In this document: one piece after another, positions 36,069-49,094 of the stretch
Position numbering within the stretch: the stretch's first letter is position 1
How the letters are laid out: each line of letters starts with the position of its first letter
The notes under the pieces: model-generated
What the model was told of the DNA's origin: nothing
The model's database searches: none
The model's input: only the letters and a program-made list of their open reading frames with translations
Program-made: the position numbers and the translations under genes
Assembly: GCA_002269645.1 (NCBI GenBank)
Contig: NIVC01002920.1
Location: 1-64,000, forward strand
DNA length: 64,000 nt
Origin: Macrostomum lignano
Lineage: Eukaryota
Direction: 5' to 3'

Positions 36069-37435
36069 GCCGTAATTTCTCAAACACCAACAAACTGGAG
36101 ATTAAAAAGTCGTTTTCAATTTTTAACCAAAAGTTTAAACGGCCCTAAAACACTTATGTAGGAATAAAAAACAAGCAGTCCACAGGATGTACCGTCTTTA
36201 TTATTCTTGCACTTTGCAGAAGCTTTTTTGCTTTTGATAGATTGTACGTACGAGAAAACAATACTTGGATTTGGAAACTGTTCGTTTCTACTCGTATTTT
36301 AGTTTCTATTTTTAGAGCAGATAAAGTAGCTTAGTTATTAATATTTATTTCGCCACCTCAGTACTTTATGCAGACTGCATGTACATTCAGATTCAGTGGC
36401 TGCAATGCATTGGAAAAATAAAAGAAGCATCCTTAAGCATTTTACCACCATATAACTTCATTGCCAAAGTGGCCTCGAGGTGGCCTCGTGTCAGCCAGCG
36501 ATACGGTTATACCTGCAGTTATCGCTGAAGATGGGTTGGATAGAAAACTGTTTAATGTGAAGTAGAGGCTGTGGTAAAAAATATGCTTGAGAAGGCAGTG
36601 CGACCTTGTTGAGAATTCCGTTTCTTTTAATGCAGTGCTGTTGTCATTTAAAGATATTTTATGCATTCAGAGTACATTTTTGTGCAGCGGAGGGCAGTTG
36701 CAATAGCATCTGTTTTTATCGGAGAGGTACTTTATTTTACATCTGCCTTTTATTCCTACAATTTACGAGCGTATTATCTTAGCCTTGAAGAAACGCTTCT
36801 CATCGTACAATCAAACTCTGTAGCTGCCACTTTTGGCTTTCTGATTTTTGGTGCTAATTACGGAGGAGCAATGCTTTTGGCTTTGCCAAAGCTAGTTCTG
36901 TTTAGCTAATCTCTCCAGTTCACGGTGGGCTCTTCTTTGAGCCTGAAGTTGAACATCAAAAAAGCTTAGTGTCAAAAATAAAAGAAGCGTCCTGTCAAAC
37001 ATAAGACCAACGAATTATTGCTGAGCTGTAAGGGCTCATGGGGGAATATCGGAAATGCCGTGACTTTCAGCAACTTACGGTTAAAGATAGGGTTAAAGTT
37101 AGGATTAGGAACCCTTAGGGTTAAAAAATGAAATGATGTCAAGACTCATGAGGGAATTGCTGAAATGCTGTGGCTCGTAGGGGTTGCTCAGATGCCAAGG
37201 GTCAATTGCGAGTTGATGGTAGGCCAAGCTAAAGGTAGATCAACGGGAGAGTTGGGATGAAGCCATGGCCTTAATGGAGGCTTTGATGCCTTTGGTAAAG
37301 CTGCTTTGATAAATAGGTCGCCTTTTCTGCATTAGAAAGCATACGAGAAGCTTCTGCAAAGCTTCGCTTTTGTGAAATGAAATCAAACGATTAACATAAT
37401 TTATAAGTTAATTTAGACAAGATGTTTTACTTTCT

Positions 37436-37709
37436 AATAATAATAATAATAATTGATTACACCTGCCAGATGTGCAACCGACAGCTCAGCCGCAGCTATT
37501 GCGCGGCGCATCTGAAGGCTGCGTACGGCTGTTCAGTCCAAGGACTGGGGCAGCTAATGCTGGCACCCATTTTACAGCTGGGTAAACTGAAGCAGTGCAG
37601 AGTTAAGTATCTTGCTCAAGGACACAAATTGTTCCAGTGGGATCAGAAATGGAACCCCCGACCTTCAGGTCGTGGGTCCGACGCTCTGACCACTAGGCTA
37701 CTATCCCCT
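37436..37709 (-). mobile_element. SINE family A, copy 3
   Basis: Head ggggatagtagcctagtgg on the minus strand, CORE-like middle, (att)n tail. Confidence 0.8.
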
Positions 37710-39499
37710 TTTTATTGAATATACTTTCAAGAAAAAAGAATATTTAATATCTATTTTTGTATTCTCCACCAGCCTTTATTCTCCACTAGATTTACTTGAT
37801 CTTGATGGAACTTGATCTGGATACTGCAGTTGACACCCATGCAGCTTTACATGTACAGCCAGAATTGTAACGAGAATGTTGCAAATTTTTGTAAGATTTA
37901 TTTGTTTCCTGTTTAAAGCTATAGGCTCGGTTCATTATTTGAATTCAGATTCAGAATCCGGTTGTGAAACTCAAATAAGAAATCTACATGTGGCAGCTGC
38001 TTTACTTGTGAGAGTTTGCATTCGGCATCGGGTTAGTGCGACATGCAAACGTTTATATTAGCAGCTGCTAACTCTGATATTTAACACCGATCCAGACCGG
38101 GCTAACTAAAATTTTTCCCAGCGCGTTCACTTTTTTGTGGATGCTGCAAATGGAGGTTCTATCCTATATTTAGTTTCGATGGGGAGGCGGCTTGCTGAGA
38201 TACCAAGGGCCAATTGGTATTTGTTGTTAGGTCAAGCACAAAGGGAGAGTTATAGGGGAGGGGGCAAAGGGAGGCTTTGATGGCAAAGCTCGCGTGGGTG
38301 ATGCTTTATTGCCCAAAGCATCATTTCCCTAAAATACTAACAATAGCGACTGTACAAGATCATGGGGAAACTTCTAAAATTCTAAAATCCATTCTTTGTT
38401 GCCTCATCAATATAAACGCTGATTGCTAGTATATCTTTCTAATAATTAGCAAGGCCATGCAAAGCTAAATTTAAAGATTTTAATAACCAAAAGAACCAGA
38501 TTTTGTAATGTCTAAAAAATCTGTTACGAATATTGTGAAATGTCTGCCCTGTCTTGACAGAAAGGAGACAGAAAAACTAATAATGGTGCTACTTTCGCAG
38601 ATCCTTGTAAGTAGTATAATAGATATCACTACATTTACGCATCCAAAGCATTAAACTTGAAAGTGGAGCAAATCTTCATTGTCCAGTCAGAGGAAAGATA
38701 GAAGAGGTCAGAGGTGAGAGATGCATTTAATAGAGGTAAGAGAGAGAGAAGAGAGACCGAATGAAATTTATATGCAACATTCAGCTTTTATGATTAGTTT
38801 ATAATTTATAGTTTCACTAAATTAAGAGTTGACGTCACCAAGAACTGATACTGATACCTGCAATAATTTTGCGATTTCAGGGCCGGTTTTACTGGCTCTG
38901 TAATCGGTTTTAGTGACCGGGGCCGGTGCCTCTGCCAAAGCTCATAGAGGTGAGGTTTGGGTGGGGGTGAGGGTGCGGTGTGTGCAGTGTGCGTTGTGTG
39001 GGGTGGTGGGGGTTGGGGTCACGCTGGCCCTTTTATTCGCGCCTTCTGCCCCTCAGTGTTGGCATGCTTGGCTAAATCTTTTTTCTGTGTGCTTGCCTTT
39101 GCATTTATCCTCTGCTTTTATCCCTCTGATTTTACCCGTTTGCTTGTACGAGCTAACACGTTGATTTCGAGTCAAATACACTCGCTTCGCTGGGTTCGTT
39201 TCGCCCGCTTTTTCGTCTTCTCCTTGTTCCTTTCGGCCCGGTTGGCTAAATTTTATCTTTTCACACCTTGACTGTTTTCATCTATCTACGAGCGTACTAT
39301 CGTAGTATCTGAGAATAATCTAATCAAAAAGACGAAACATATACATGTAGGAAAAATAGGCAATGCACGAGGTTAAGACAAGCATATGTAGTTTCTTTGT
39401 CACATGTGAAAACTGCTTTCCATGCGCACACTTACGCTTCTTTTTTCGTCCAGTGTTGCCTAAACGAATCTTAAAACAGAAACGATGCCCCGGTATGAC

Positions 39500-40900
39500 C
39501 ACAGCAGCGCCCTCAACGCGTCCTTGAAGCCGTAGCCGTCCTGCAGGTGCGTCTACAGGCCGACGACTTTCAGTAATGGTTGAAGCGCTCGAATGCAGCG
39601 TTGCCTTGCGGGTGGTAGTGCCGCGACTGGCGGTGCTGGGTGCCGCAGCGCTGGAGGAAGTTTTTGAAATCATCGGGCATGAACTGCGACCCGCCGTCCG
39701 TGCTGATGCTCTTTGGGAGTCCCCAGCGGCTGAACCACGTCGTTGGGGCGTTGATCACATCAGCTGTGGTCCCTGGGGACATGCAGGCTGCTTCTGGCCA
39801 CTTCGAATGCGGGTCGTACAGCACCAGAATGAAGCGACATGAGTTCGGCGCCGAATGCAGCTCCCCGAAGATGTCGAGCTGAAGCTCCTCCCAAGGTCGC
39901 GTCGGCCACTTCGTCGGAGTCATCAGCCAGCACCGTTTTGGATGTCTTGAAGTTTTTCTCGCTGAGCAGGCAGGCCTCGCAGTGCCGCACGAACTCCTCG
40001 ATTTGGCTGTCGATCTGCAGCCACCAGACCGAGTCCCCGCAGTGCTGCTTCATTCTGCTCACTCCGAGGTGCTCAAAGTGGGCCAGCTGCAACGTCGTCT
40101 TTCTCAACAACGCGGGGATCACCGCGCGCAACCCATTCGCCAGGCACTTGCCTTCGTTCCAGACTGTGAGCTGCTCCTTGATCCGCCAGAACGGCTGCAG
40201 CTCCGGCCTAAAGCTGCTTGATGGAACTCGGCCAGCCCTCAAGCGTCATCTCGATCGCCTGGCTGATCACCGGGTCCTGTAGAGATGCCTCAGCCAGTTC
40301 GCTTGGGCTCACGATCTGCAGCGCGCCAGACCGCAGGACGGCGTTCACCTGGAGCTTCGCTGGGTCCTCCTCGCTGCTGTCGTTGCGCGCGCCGTGTTGC
40401 GACAAAAAGTCCGGAACGGTGTTCTTTTCCCCGGAACGTGGCAGACCTGGAAGTCGTACGCGTGCAGGCGGTCGGCCCACCGGTGCAGTCTTAATGGCAG
40501 GTGCCCGCTGCCCTGAGCCGTCAGCGACGTAGTCTGCGCTTGATGGTCCGTGTGCGACTCAAATCTCCGGCCGAACAGGAAATAGTGCCACCTCTCATAA
40601 CTCTCATGCCTCTCGCATGCCAATGCCTCTCTTTCAGACGCGGAGTCGCTGACAGGGTTCGGGATGCAAACGCAACTGGTCTCCGGACGCCGGCGCAGTC
40701 TTCTTGAAGCAAAACTGAGGTCATTGCAGATTCGGATCTTACCGTCAGGATTTGGGACGACCACCAGATTCGAGATCCACTCGGATGCCTGGATCTCCAC
40801 GACGATCCTGTTGAGAGCCCCATCCTCCAGAGCGACGCCTACAGCTGAACCCTGTTGGGAAGCTGCGACCCCCAGGTCCCCAGTAGAGCTCCCGTCCCGT
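39500..40900 (-). mobile_element. Degenerate Ty3/Gypsy pol fragment (RT remnant - RNase H - Zn-binding - integrase)
   Basis: ISNLVVVPNPDGKIRICNDL; FGRRFESHTDHQ; RLHRWADRL; AH..HLGVSRMKQ...VWW...C..C; PWEELQLDIFG...ISTDGGSQF...YHPQGNAAFERFN. Frameshifted, in Gypsy RT-RH-IN order. Confidence 0.9.
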
Positions 40901-42551
40901 GTCCCAGGGAGACGCAGGAAAATGACAGAGCAGAACTCACGAGCTTCCGTGAAAAAGCCGATGCAGTTCGCACTTTGCTATGGTAGACAAGTAAGTTTGT
41001 TTTGAAGTAGCCAACGATAGGACCAAGAAAACGCAAGGCCGCGGCTGCCCAATAGACAGCAAATTTATTATATTATATTAACTGATATATAATATATATA
41101 ATATATTATTAATTAATAATAATATATTATTAATAAATAAGCTCCATAATAATATATTATGGAGCTTATTTATTATATCAGTTATATCAGTTATAATATA
41201 TACTTTCTTTATAATATTATAATATATATATAAGTTATAATATATTTAAGGTACTTTCTAATGTATTTAAAAAGGTAAACTAACTCAGCTAGAGGCTGGA
41301 TGTTTTTAAAGTATCTCACAGTTAAAAATATAAATTTCGGCACCCTTCTCTACTGCAAGTCGTCTCCGCTGCACATACATAAACTCTTACTCTTCTTGAA
41401 CTTTTAAATTTGTCATTTATTCTTACCATTTTGCATCTTTGTCTTGATGAGATGATTTCACCTTACATCATCTAGCCTCTACAAGAGTTATTTTACCTTT
41501 TTAAATTTCATTACAAATTTCGGAGAACTGCTTTTTTGGTTGAGCGTGTGCAGTGTTTGCTATTGCTAGTTCTCCTAGCTAATGCTTCTTTGATAAAGTG
41601 GGCTTTTCTCTGAGCCTGAAGGTAAACGGAGGGAGCTAGTTAATAAACAAGCTGTATCACTTTGTACGCCTGATCTCTCTGGCGCTTTATGCTGGGCCTT
41701 TTCATCTCCTCGCTGCATCCGTCTCTTCAGGGCTACGAGTACTCTAAGATAGATTAAGTTCAACAAAGTTCAACATTGTTTAAGAACAATGGTTAATGCC
41801 TACACAGCCTGGGGATCATCGTTTTACGCACAGACTTTCAAAATCAAGAGAAAAGTACGAATGCTCTTACAAGAAAACATTTAGCTCGTGTTTAGTCTTG
41901 CAATCCATCTTATAGCTACGCTTTTTTGAAACACAGAATAGATAGAAAAAGACAAATAGTGGTTGGTACTTTTGCATATCCTTGTAAGTAGCATGATAGA
42001 TGCTTTCGCTGGGTTTCGTAGTAGATTTGCTCACGTATGCGTGAGGAAAATGTTTTGCTGGAATTTTTATATTTTAGAATTTTACACGTACTAAAAATTG
42101 GATACTCAAACATATATTTCAGCAGTATAGTTAAAATATGGAAGAGCAGGGCAGCTATTGAAACAGTAAACTACACTGGAATAAATAATTTACGGGTTTA
42201 TAATAAGTGTTTTATATGCATAAATTAGTTTTACCTGTGTGCAGTTGCAGCTACACTCATACAAAAACTAGCTACTTAGGAAGTTTACAAGTTAAAATTT
42301 TATTTGCTTCAAAAAGTGAGCTTGAGTTTAGGAACTGAGGAGCCTGGTGCATTTCTAAATGTCACTGAAGTCATTGTGGAAATAGCAGACAAACTGCTAA
42401 ATGGTGCTGGGGTTGGTGATAGTGAGGAAAAAATCTACATTCCTGAAACTCCTCCGACTTCATCGGGAATGCTGTAAGTTGTATGTCCTGAGTTAACTTC
42501 TTGCTTTTTTGTCATGGCTTTGAGACATAGCAATTGTTTGCTGCAATAGGA

Positions 42552-43406
42552 TTATTCTGGGATGCCACCGCAAGTTTTAGTTGCAGTGTCGATTACGGTG
42601 TCCAGCTTTGATTTACAAGCTTCAATTTCCTTTTTCTGCTCACTGGTTGGAGGCGACCCGAAAGCTTTCGATTCCAGCTTGGGCGCTTCAGCAGTAGCAG
42701 CTTTCAGCCGGTCTGAGATGGCTTTGGCTTCCTTTAGTTGGAAAGATTGAAGGGATTTTTTCAGGCCCTCCGTCTCAGCCCCTCGGGAGGACCCGGCAGC
42801 TGCCTGCTCCAGCCTCTGCTCTGTGGCTCTCAGCAGCTTCTCCAGGTGCTCTTTTTTCTTACCGATAAATTCGATAAGATTTTTTATTTGAGCTTTCCAA
42901 GGCTGCAGTTTAGCGCTGACTTGTTCGCATTCCTTTGCGTCCTTCTCCACTGTGCTTAACAGGTTCAGGCATTCAGTCTGAAATATAAGCGTTCCGTTTT
43001 ATTAATTTGAATTTGAATAAATATTAAATATGTTAGCTTCCATTACTTGAAACTTCAACCGATGATCGCTGAAGTGCACATCGCAAAGATTCTTGTCGCA
43101 GTGACCGCAGTTGACAAGGACCGAGTAGGAGCATTGGGTTTCGCCTTCGCCTTCGCCTTCGCAGGTGGCGCCGAGCAGCGCTTTCGAACAGAAAACCTTA
43201 ATGAGCTTGGCCATGGCGGCGTCCTGCTTAGGTGTGATCAGCTTCTCTCGGCATTCCGGACACTTTGCTGCATAAGGGGTTGTCTCTAAAATGCCTCTGT
43301 GGCATTCCCGGCACACGGTGTGGTGGTTCGGGCACACGAAGCAGGGATCAGTAAAAATGGTTTTGCACACTGGGCAGCGCAGGTCTTTTATGTCTACTGA
43401 GCTCAC
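42552..43406 (-). CDS. TRIM-like RING / B-box-like / coiled-coil, copy 3 (start codon not evident; possible pseudogene)
   Basis: Exons (-) ~43406-43047 and 42977-42552 (69-nt intron). The two ATGs of copies 4 and 5 read CTG and GTG here. Confidence 0.7.
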
Positions 43407-43700
43407 GTCTAAAACTTTAGGGGTCAGGTATTGAATAGCGATTTTAAAATCCCAGTTAACGCTGTATTATATTCACATTCACCATAGTATTTAGAAACTA
43501 AAAAGGATAAAGATTAAGATTATTGTGCGGTCCGAAGGTGAGTCCAGTCACAAGAGAGGGACTAAACCAATTAATAAAATGCTGCATTCACATTTTATCT
43601 AAGCTTTGTGTCACAAATTGCGTGCGTGACACGTGATAGAAATCGTCTTGAGGTATCCTTGACCTCGTCGAAAAGCAACCAATTAGTGATGCCAACCGTA

Positions 43701-44067
43701 TTTATTTATTTTTTTATTAGAGGCAGGGGGTTGTGTGCACCCTGGCGCACTTTAAGCGACATAGGCACACAACCGGCGAGAGGCATTACTGCCCATTCCG
43801 CCGACTCCCCTGAGCAGGCATACAAGCGCGCGGATACGTACGCAGGCACACACTCACACAGGAGTGTACAGCGGCCCTAACTTTATATTATCGTTAGGCA
43901 TGTACACTTCACTGCGCCTTGGGGGGTTGGCCCTCAAGGCCGTTAATTGTACGAGCAGAGCCAAGCCGAGATTCCAATTCAGCCCCAAATTAATGTGACT
44001 GCACTTGGAATCGAGCCTGGGTCGCTGGCACACCAGAGCAGCTGCGCTACCGCTGGGCTACGGCCCC
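43701..44067 (-). mobile_element. tRNA-derived SINE, family B, with 14-bp TSD
   Basis: Minus-strand head gggccgtagcccagcggtagcgc...ggctcgattcc (A and B boxes), (TAAA)n tail, TSD tgatgccaaccgta at 43687-43700 and 44068-44081. The paralogous unit near 52500-52570 lacks the insert. Confidence 0.85.
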
Positions 44068-44914
44068 TGATGCCAACCGTAATTGATCATAGAAACTTAG
44101 TGGGGTCAGTAAAAGTATTTGTATTGAGGCGGACAAATGCCTGAGGGCGATTCGCATCAGTCAGTTCAATCTAGGAGGCGGATGTTGTGATTGGTGTAGA
44201 GATTACTCTGAAGTAGACGGAAGTTTGATGGGGCTTGGAGTTCCAGGGTGGAAATCAGTTTCACTCCAGCTCGCATGCATAAAAGCAATAAATCTTTGTT
44301 TGAAACTTTGCCTCATGCACTGACGCAACTCCATGTACGAGTACGAGCAGATGATGGAAATTTAAATGAAGCGCACTTGAAGCATTTCACCACTTTTTAA
44401 CTTCGCTCGCAGGAATGTTTTTTAACTTACCTTTTAAAAGTGACATTGTGTAAGCAAGCCAGTGATACCTTTTTTTCTGCGGCCCAGGTTATCTCTGAAA
44501 ACAGATGGGGTATTTGCTAGAAAAAAATTAGGGCGAAGCAGAGACTGTGGTAAATAAAATGCTTCAGAAAGCGGTGCAACCTTGTTTAGAAATTAGAGCG
44601 GAGAAGAGTTTGCAGAAGTGAAGAGTGACGAAATTTATATTTTTATCTGTGAGGTACTTTATTTTACATCTGTTTATTATTATTTTTATTTAGCAACCCT
44701 TGACCTTGAAGAGATAATTTCACCTTACAACCAACTTCCAGCTGCTACTTTTTGCCTTCTGAACTTTTAGTAAAGTTGCAGATGAGCAATGCTTTTGGTT
44801 GTGCTCGTATTTGGTTTAACTTTCTCGTAGTTCTGTTAGCTAGCTAATTTCTCCACTAATTCAACTAATTTCATTCATAAATATGGAAGCTTTTCGGGAA
44901 GTTTCTATTCAATC

Positions 44915-45413
<499 letters not shown>

Positions 45414-46602
45414 GGCAACTTAATAAGCCGGAATAGGTAAGACTTGTCTCAGAAAAGGACATGTTTAGTAACAATGGTTAATGTCTTCGGCCTTGGAAAG
45501 CATCGTTTCAAATACATGTACAGACTGCTTGAAACCGGTGAATTCTGCCAATTTTTACAGGTACAAGTGCTTTTAAAAGCAGGCATTTAGTCTCTCTTTC
45601 ACCATTTGGCTAGGCTTTTTAGAAACAAAATCGCAGGAGAAGTGGTCTTTCGGATCTCCAAGCTCGAATTTGTATCTAACTAACTAATAGATTGGCAAAA
45701 CAGTAAGGAGTGTTGAGAAAAAGCAAGCGTAGTACATATTATCCTTGTCTAAAATGATTTCAATAATAATTTCAAACATGTTTCATCTCAACCTAAAAAA
45801 CTTGTCGGAAGGCTGTAAGCAACGCCTTCGGTAACATTGTCTCACAAACAGTACCGAGTGCGTCGCAACCTTGGTGACCGCGTTTGGAAACGAACTAGGG
45901 GTCTTGTCGCAAGAGTTAGAAGTTTTTACGCTGAGCTGCTCTGCTCCTTATTTTCCTAAATTTTTGTTACGTTTTAACATACCAAACATATTGAAATAAC
46001 TTTAAGAGAAAGAAGCAGTGTTGCAACAAAGAACTAATTTTCGTGCTTATGAACAGACCTGTTTTGTGTTACAAGCCGTGTCTCTTTTTTATTAGCTATT
46101 GAGAATTTCAGGTACTCTTTATTCGTCATGTAGTAGGGCTCCTTGGATAATACGTACTGACGCCGAATTACTAATAATGAAATAGGTTTTCTAATACATG
46201 CAATTTATTCACAGAAATACTTGTACAGGCGCCGATTATTAATGTACTGGAATTACGCGACGGTTGTACCAATTATTTTGTTAGAATGCACTGAAATATT
46301 TAGTATAAATACTGCTCGCACCAATTTGAAGTTTCGCGCTCGTCGTGGCCCGTTGAAGTTTGGCCCCTCCTTTGTTGCGACGGAACCGCTCTTAGTTGAA
46401 TTGTGCTGGCTCATGTGAAGCCCGGCCTTAGTACATAGTCAGTTTGTAATAGATCTAGTTACTCGTACAAATATTCGACATGAGTACGAGTGATCTCGAA
46501 ATTATGAACTATTGATTGAGAAGAAGTCGTAGATTTTAAGCTGAAACTTAATTGCTTTAATGTCCGGAGCGAAGAGGCGGAGACGGAGTGAGTGGTGATC
46601 GA

Positions 46603-46795
46603 CAGGGGCGGATTTAGCCCCCCCCCATCCAAAGTAGCTTGACCGAACATATTGCGCCCCCCAAAAACCTAAACTTGCGCCCTCTACACTTGATTTTTCG
46701 CCCCCTATACGCATTTTTTGCGCCCCTAGCTTAAAAATTGGCGCCCCAAACTTGGACCGCCCTCCCCCCAAAATGAAAATCTAGATCCGCCACAG
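46603..46795. mobile_element. Non-autonomous hAT-type MITE with perfect 8-bp TSD
   Basis: TIRs caggggcggatttag / ctagatccgccacag; TSD gtgatcga at 46595-46602 and 46796-46803. Confidence 0.85.
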
Positions 46796-47083
46796 GTGAT
46801 CGAGCACAGCAATGCAGGTCCCAAAGCGATTCGGAGGCGCATTATTCGAGTATATTGATTCGAAAATTAAAAAGAAAAAAAATTGAGCGGCAGCAGCGCC
46901 CTCTCGCGCTGAGCAGAGCAACATATAAATAAAGCACACGCACACCTGGGGTTAGAGGTGTTAGTCAGAGCACGTACAGGTACCTACAGCGCCTAAAACA
47001 AGTACAACGCGATAAAAAGGGGAGCAGCGAGGCAGGTCGCTCCGCCATCAACAATGGGTAAAGCCCACTTGCTTCACCCGCCA

Positions 47084-47920
47084 TCAGATCATCTCAGGGT
47101 AAATATCTGTCGCACTCTATCAGATCATCTCAGGGTAATTATCTGTCGCACTCTATCAGATCATCTCAGGGTAATTATCTGTCGCACTCTATCAGATCAT
47201 CTCAGGGTAATTATCTGTCGCACTCTATCAGATCATCTCAGGGTAATTATCTGTCGCACTCTGTCAGATAATCTCAGGGTAATTATCTGTCGCACTCTAT
47301 CAGATCATCTCAGGGTAATTATCTGTCGCACTTCATCAGATAATCTCAGGGTAATTATCTGTCGCACTTCATCAGATAATCTCAGGGTAATTATCTGTCG
47401 CACTCCATCAGATCATCTCAGGGTAAATATCTGTCGCACTCTATCAGATCATCTCAGGGTAATTATCTGTCGCACTTCATCAGATAATCTCAGGGTAATT
47501 ATCTGTCGCACTCCATCAGATCATCTCAGGGTAAATATCTGTCGCACTCTATCAGATCATCTCAGGGTAATTATCTGTCGCACTCTATCAGATCATCTCA
47601 GGGTAATTATCTGTCGCACTCTATCAGATCATCTCAGGGTAATTATCTGTCGCACTCTGTCAGATAATCTCAGGGTAATTATCTGTCGCACTCTATCAGA
47701 TAATCTCAGGATAATTATCTGTCGCACTTCATCAGATAATCTCAGGGTAATTATCTGTCGCACTTCATCAGATAATCTCAGGGTAATTATCTGTCGTACT
47801 CCATCAGATCATCTCAGGGTAAATATCGGACGCACTTCATCAGATAATCTCAGGGTAATTATCTGTCGTACTCCATCAGATCATCTCAGGGTAAATATCG
47901 GACGCACTTCATTAGATCAT
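47084..47920 (+). repeat. 36-bp minisatellite (atcagatcatctcagggtaattatctgtcgcactct)
   Basis: About 23 units; produces the repetitive ORF 47054-47968. Confidence 0.95.
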
Positions 47921-48163
47921 CAGATCATCATCATCTTCGGCTGGTGCAGCATAAACGTCTATCCCTAGGCCCAAGCATCGCAACTACCATTCTTCGAAGT
48001 TATTTATTTTGGGATATTTGTCAGCTGAAATAGAGACCGCTTACTCAGCAAGTTAAGAGTTCGCGGACCGTTAACCCAATTAACCCGAGCCAGACGCTGA
48101 GTAATTACCGGTTTCTAATCAATTTTTCTAAGTTTTTGGGAGCCAAAATATGGCAAAAGTTTT

Positions 48164-49094
48164 CTAATGCGAGTTTGCTTTGGGGCGAATAAACCCGCCC
48201 AAAAAACCGGTAAAAAAAAATATACGAGCTACCGAGCAATTTTCACGTGTAGTCTCGATTATGGTGCTCAGCTTTGCTTTACAAGCTTCAATTTCATTTT
48301 TCTGCTCCTCGGTTGGAGGCAACCCTAATTTTTGCGAGTCCAGCTTTGGCGCTTTAGAAAAAGCAGATTTCAGCCGGTCTCCGATGGCTTTGGCTTCCTT
48401 TAGTTGGTCAGATTGAAGGGCGGTTCGCAGGCCGTCTGCCTCAGCTCGGCGAGAGGACCCGGCAGCTGCCTGCTCCAGCCTCTGCTCTGTGGTTCTCAGC
48501 AGCTCCTCAAGGCTCTTTTTTTTCACATCGATAAATTCGATAAAACTGGCGATCTGAGCTTTCCAAGGCTGCAGTGTAGCGCTGACTTTGTCACATTCCT
48601 TCGCGTCTTTCTCCACAGATTCCAACAGGTTCTCGCATTCAGTCTGGGAAGGAAAGCGTTCTGTTTTATTAGTTTTCGTGTTAATACCTGCTAAATACTT
48701 TAGTTTACATTACCTGAAACTCCAATCGATGCTTGCAGTAGTGAAACTCGCAAAAATACTGATCGCAGTGACCGCAATTTTTGGAGACTGAGTTGGGGCA
48801 CTGGGTTTCGCCTTCGCGTACCTGGCAGGTGGCGTCGGGTGGCGGTTTTGAGTGGAATTCTTTGACGAGCCTGGCCATGGCGGCGTGCTCCGTCGGTGTG
48901 CAAAGCATCTGTCGGCACACCGGACACCTTGCGTGTCCGAAAAGGTGCGTCTCCAAATGGCGTTTGTGACATTCGCGGCACAGAGTGTGGTGGTTCGGGC
49001 ACACGAAGCACGGATCAGTAAAGATGTTTTTGCACACCGGGCACTTCAGGTCTTCGTCCTCTCTTGAGCTCATATCTAAAAGTTCACGGGTCAT
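48164..49094 (-). CDS. TRIM-like RING / B-box-like / coiled-coil protein, copy 4
   Basis: Exons (-) 49094-48714 and 48643-48164 (70-nt intron, FQ|TEC). CPVCKNIFTDPCFVCPNHHTLCREC. Confidence 0.85.

Noticed and set aside
47054-47968. 36-bp palindromic repeats as a CRISPR array, or a 304-aa repeat protein
   Set aside because: Units are head-to-tail with no unique spacers, there are no cas genes, the context is eukaryotic, and the ORF simply follows from the unit length being a multiple of 3.
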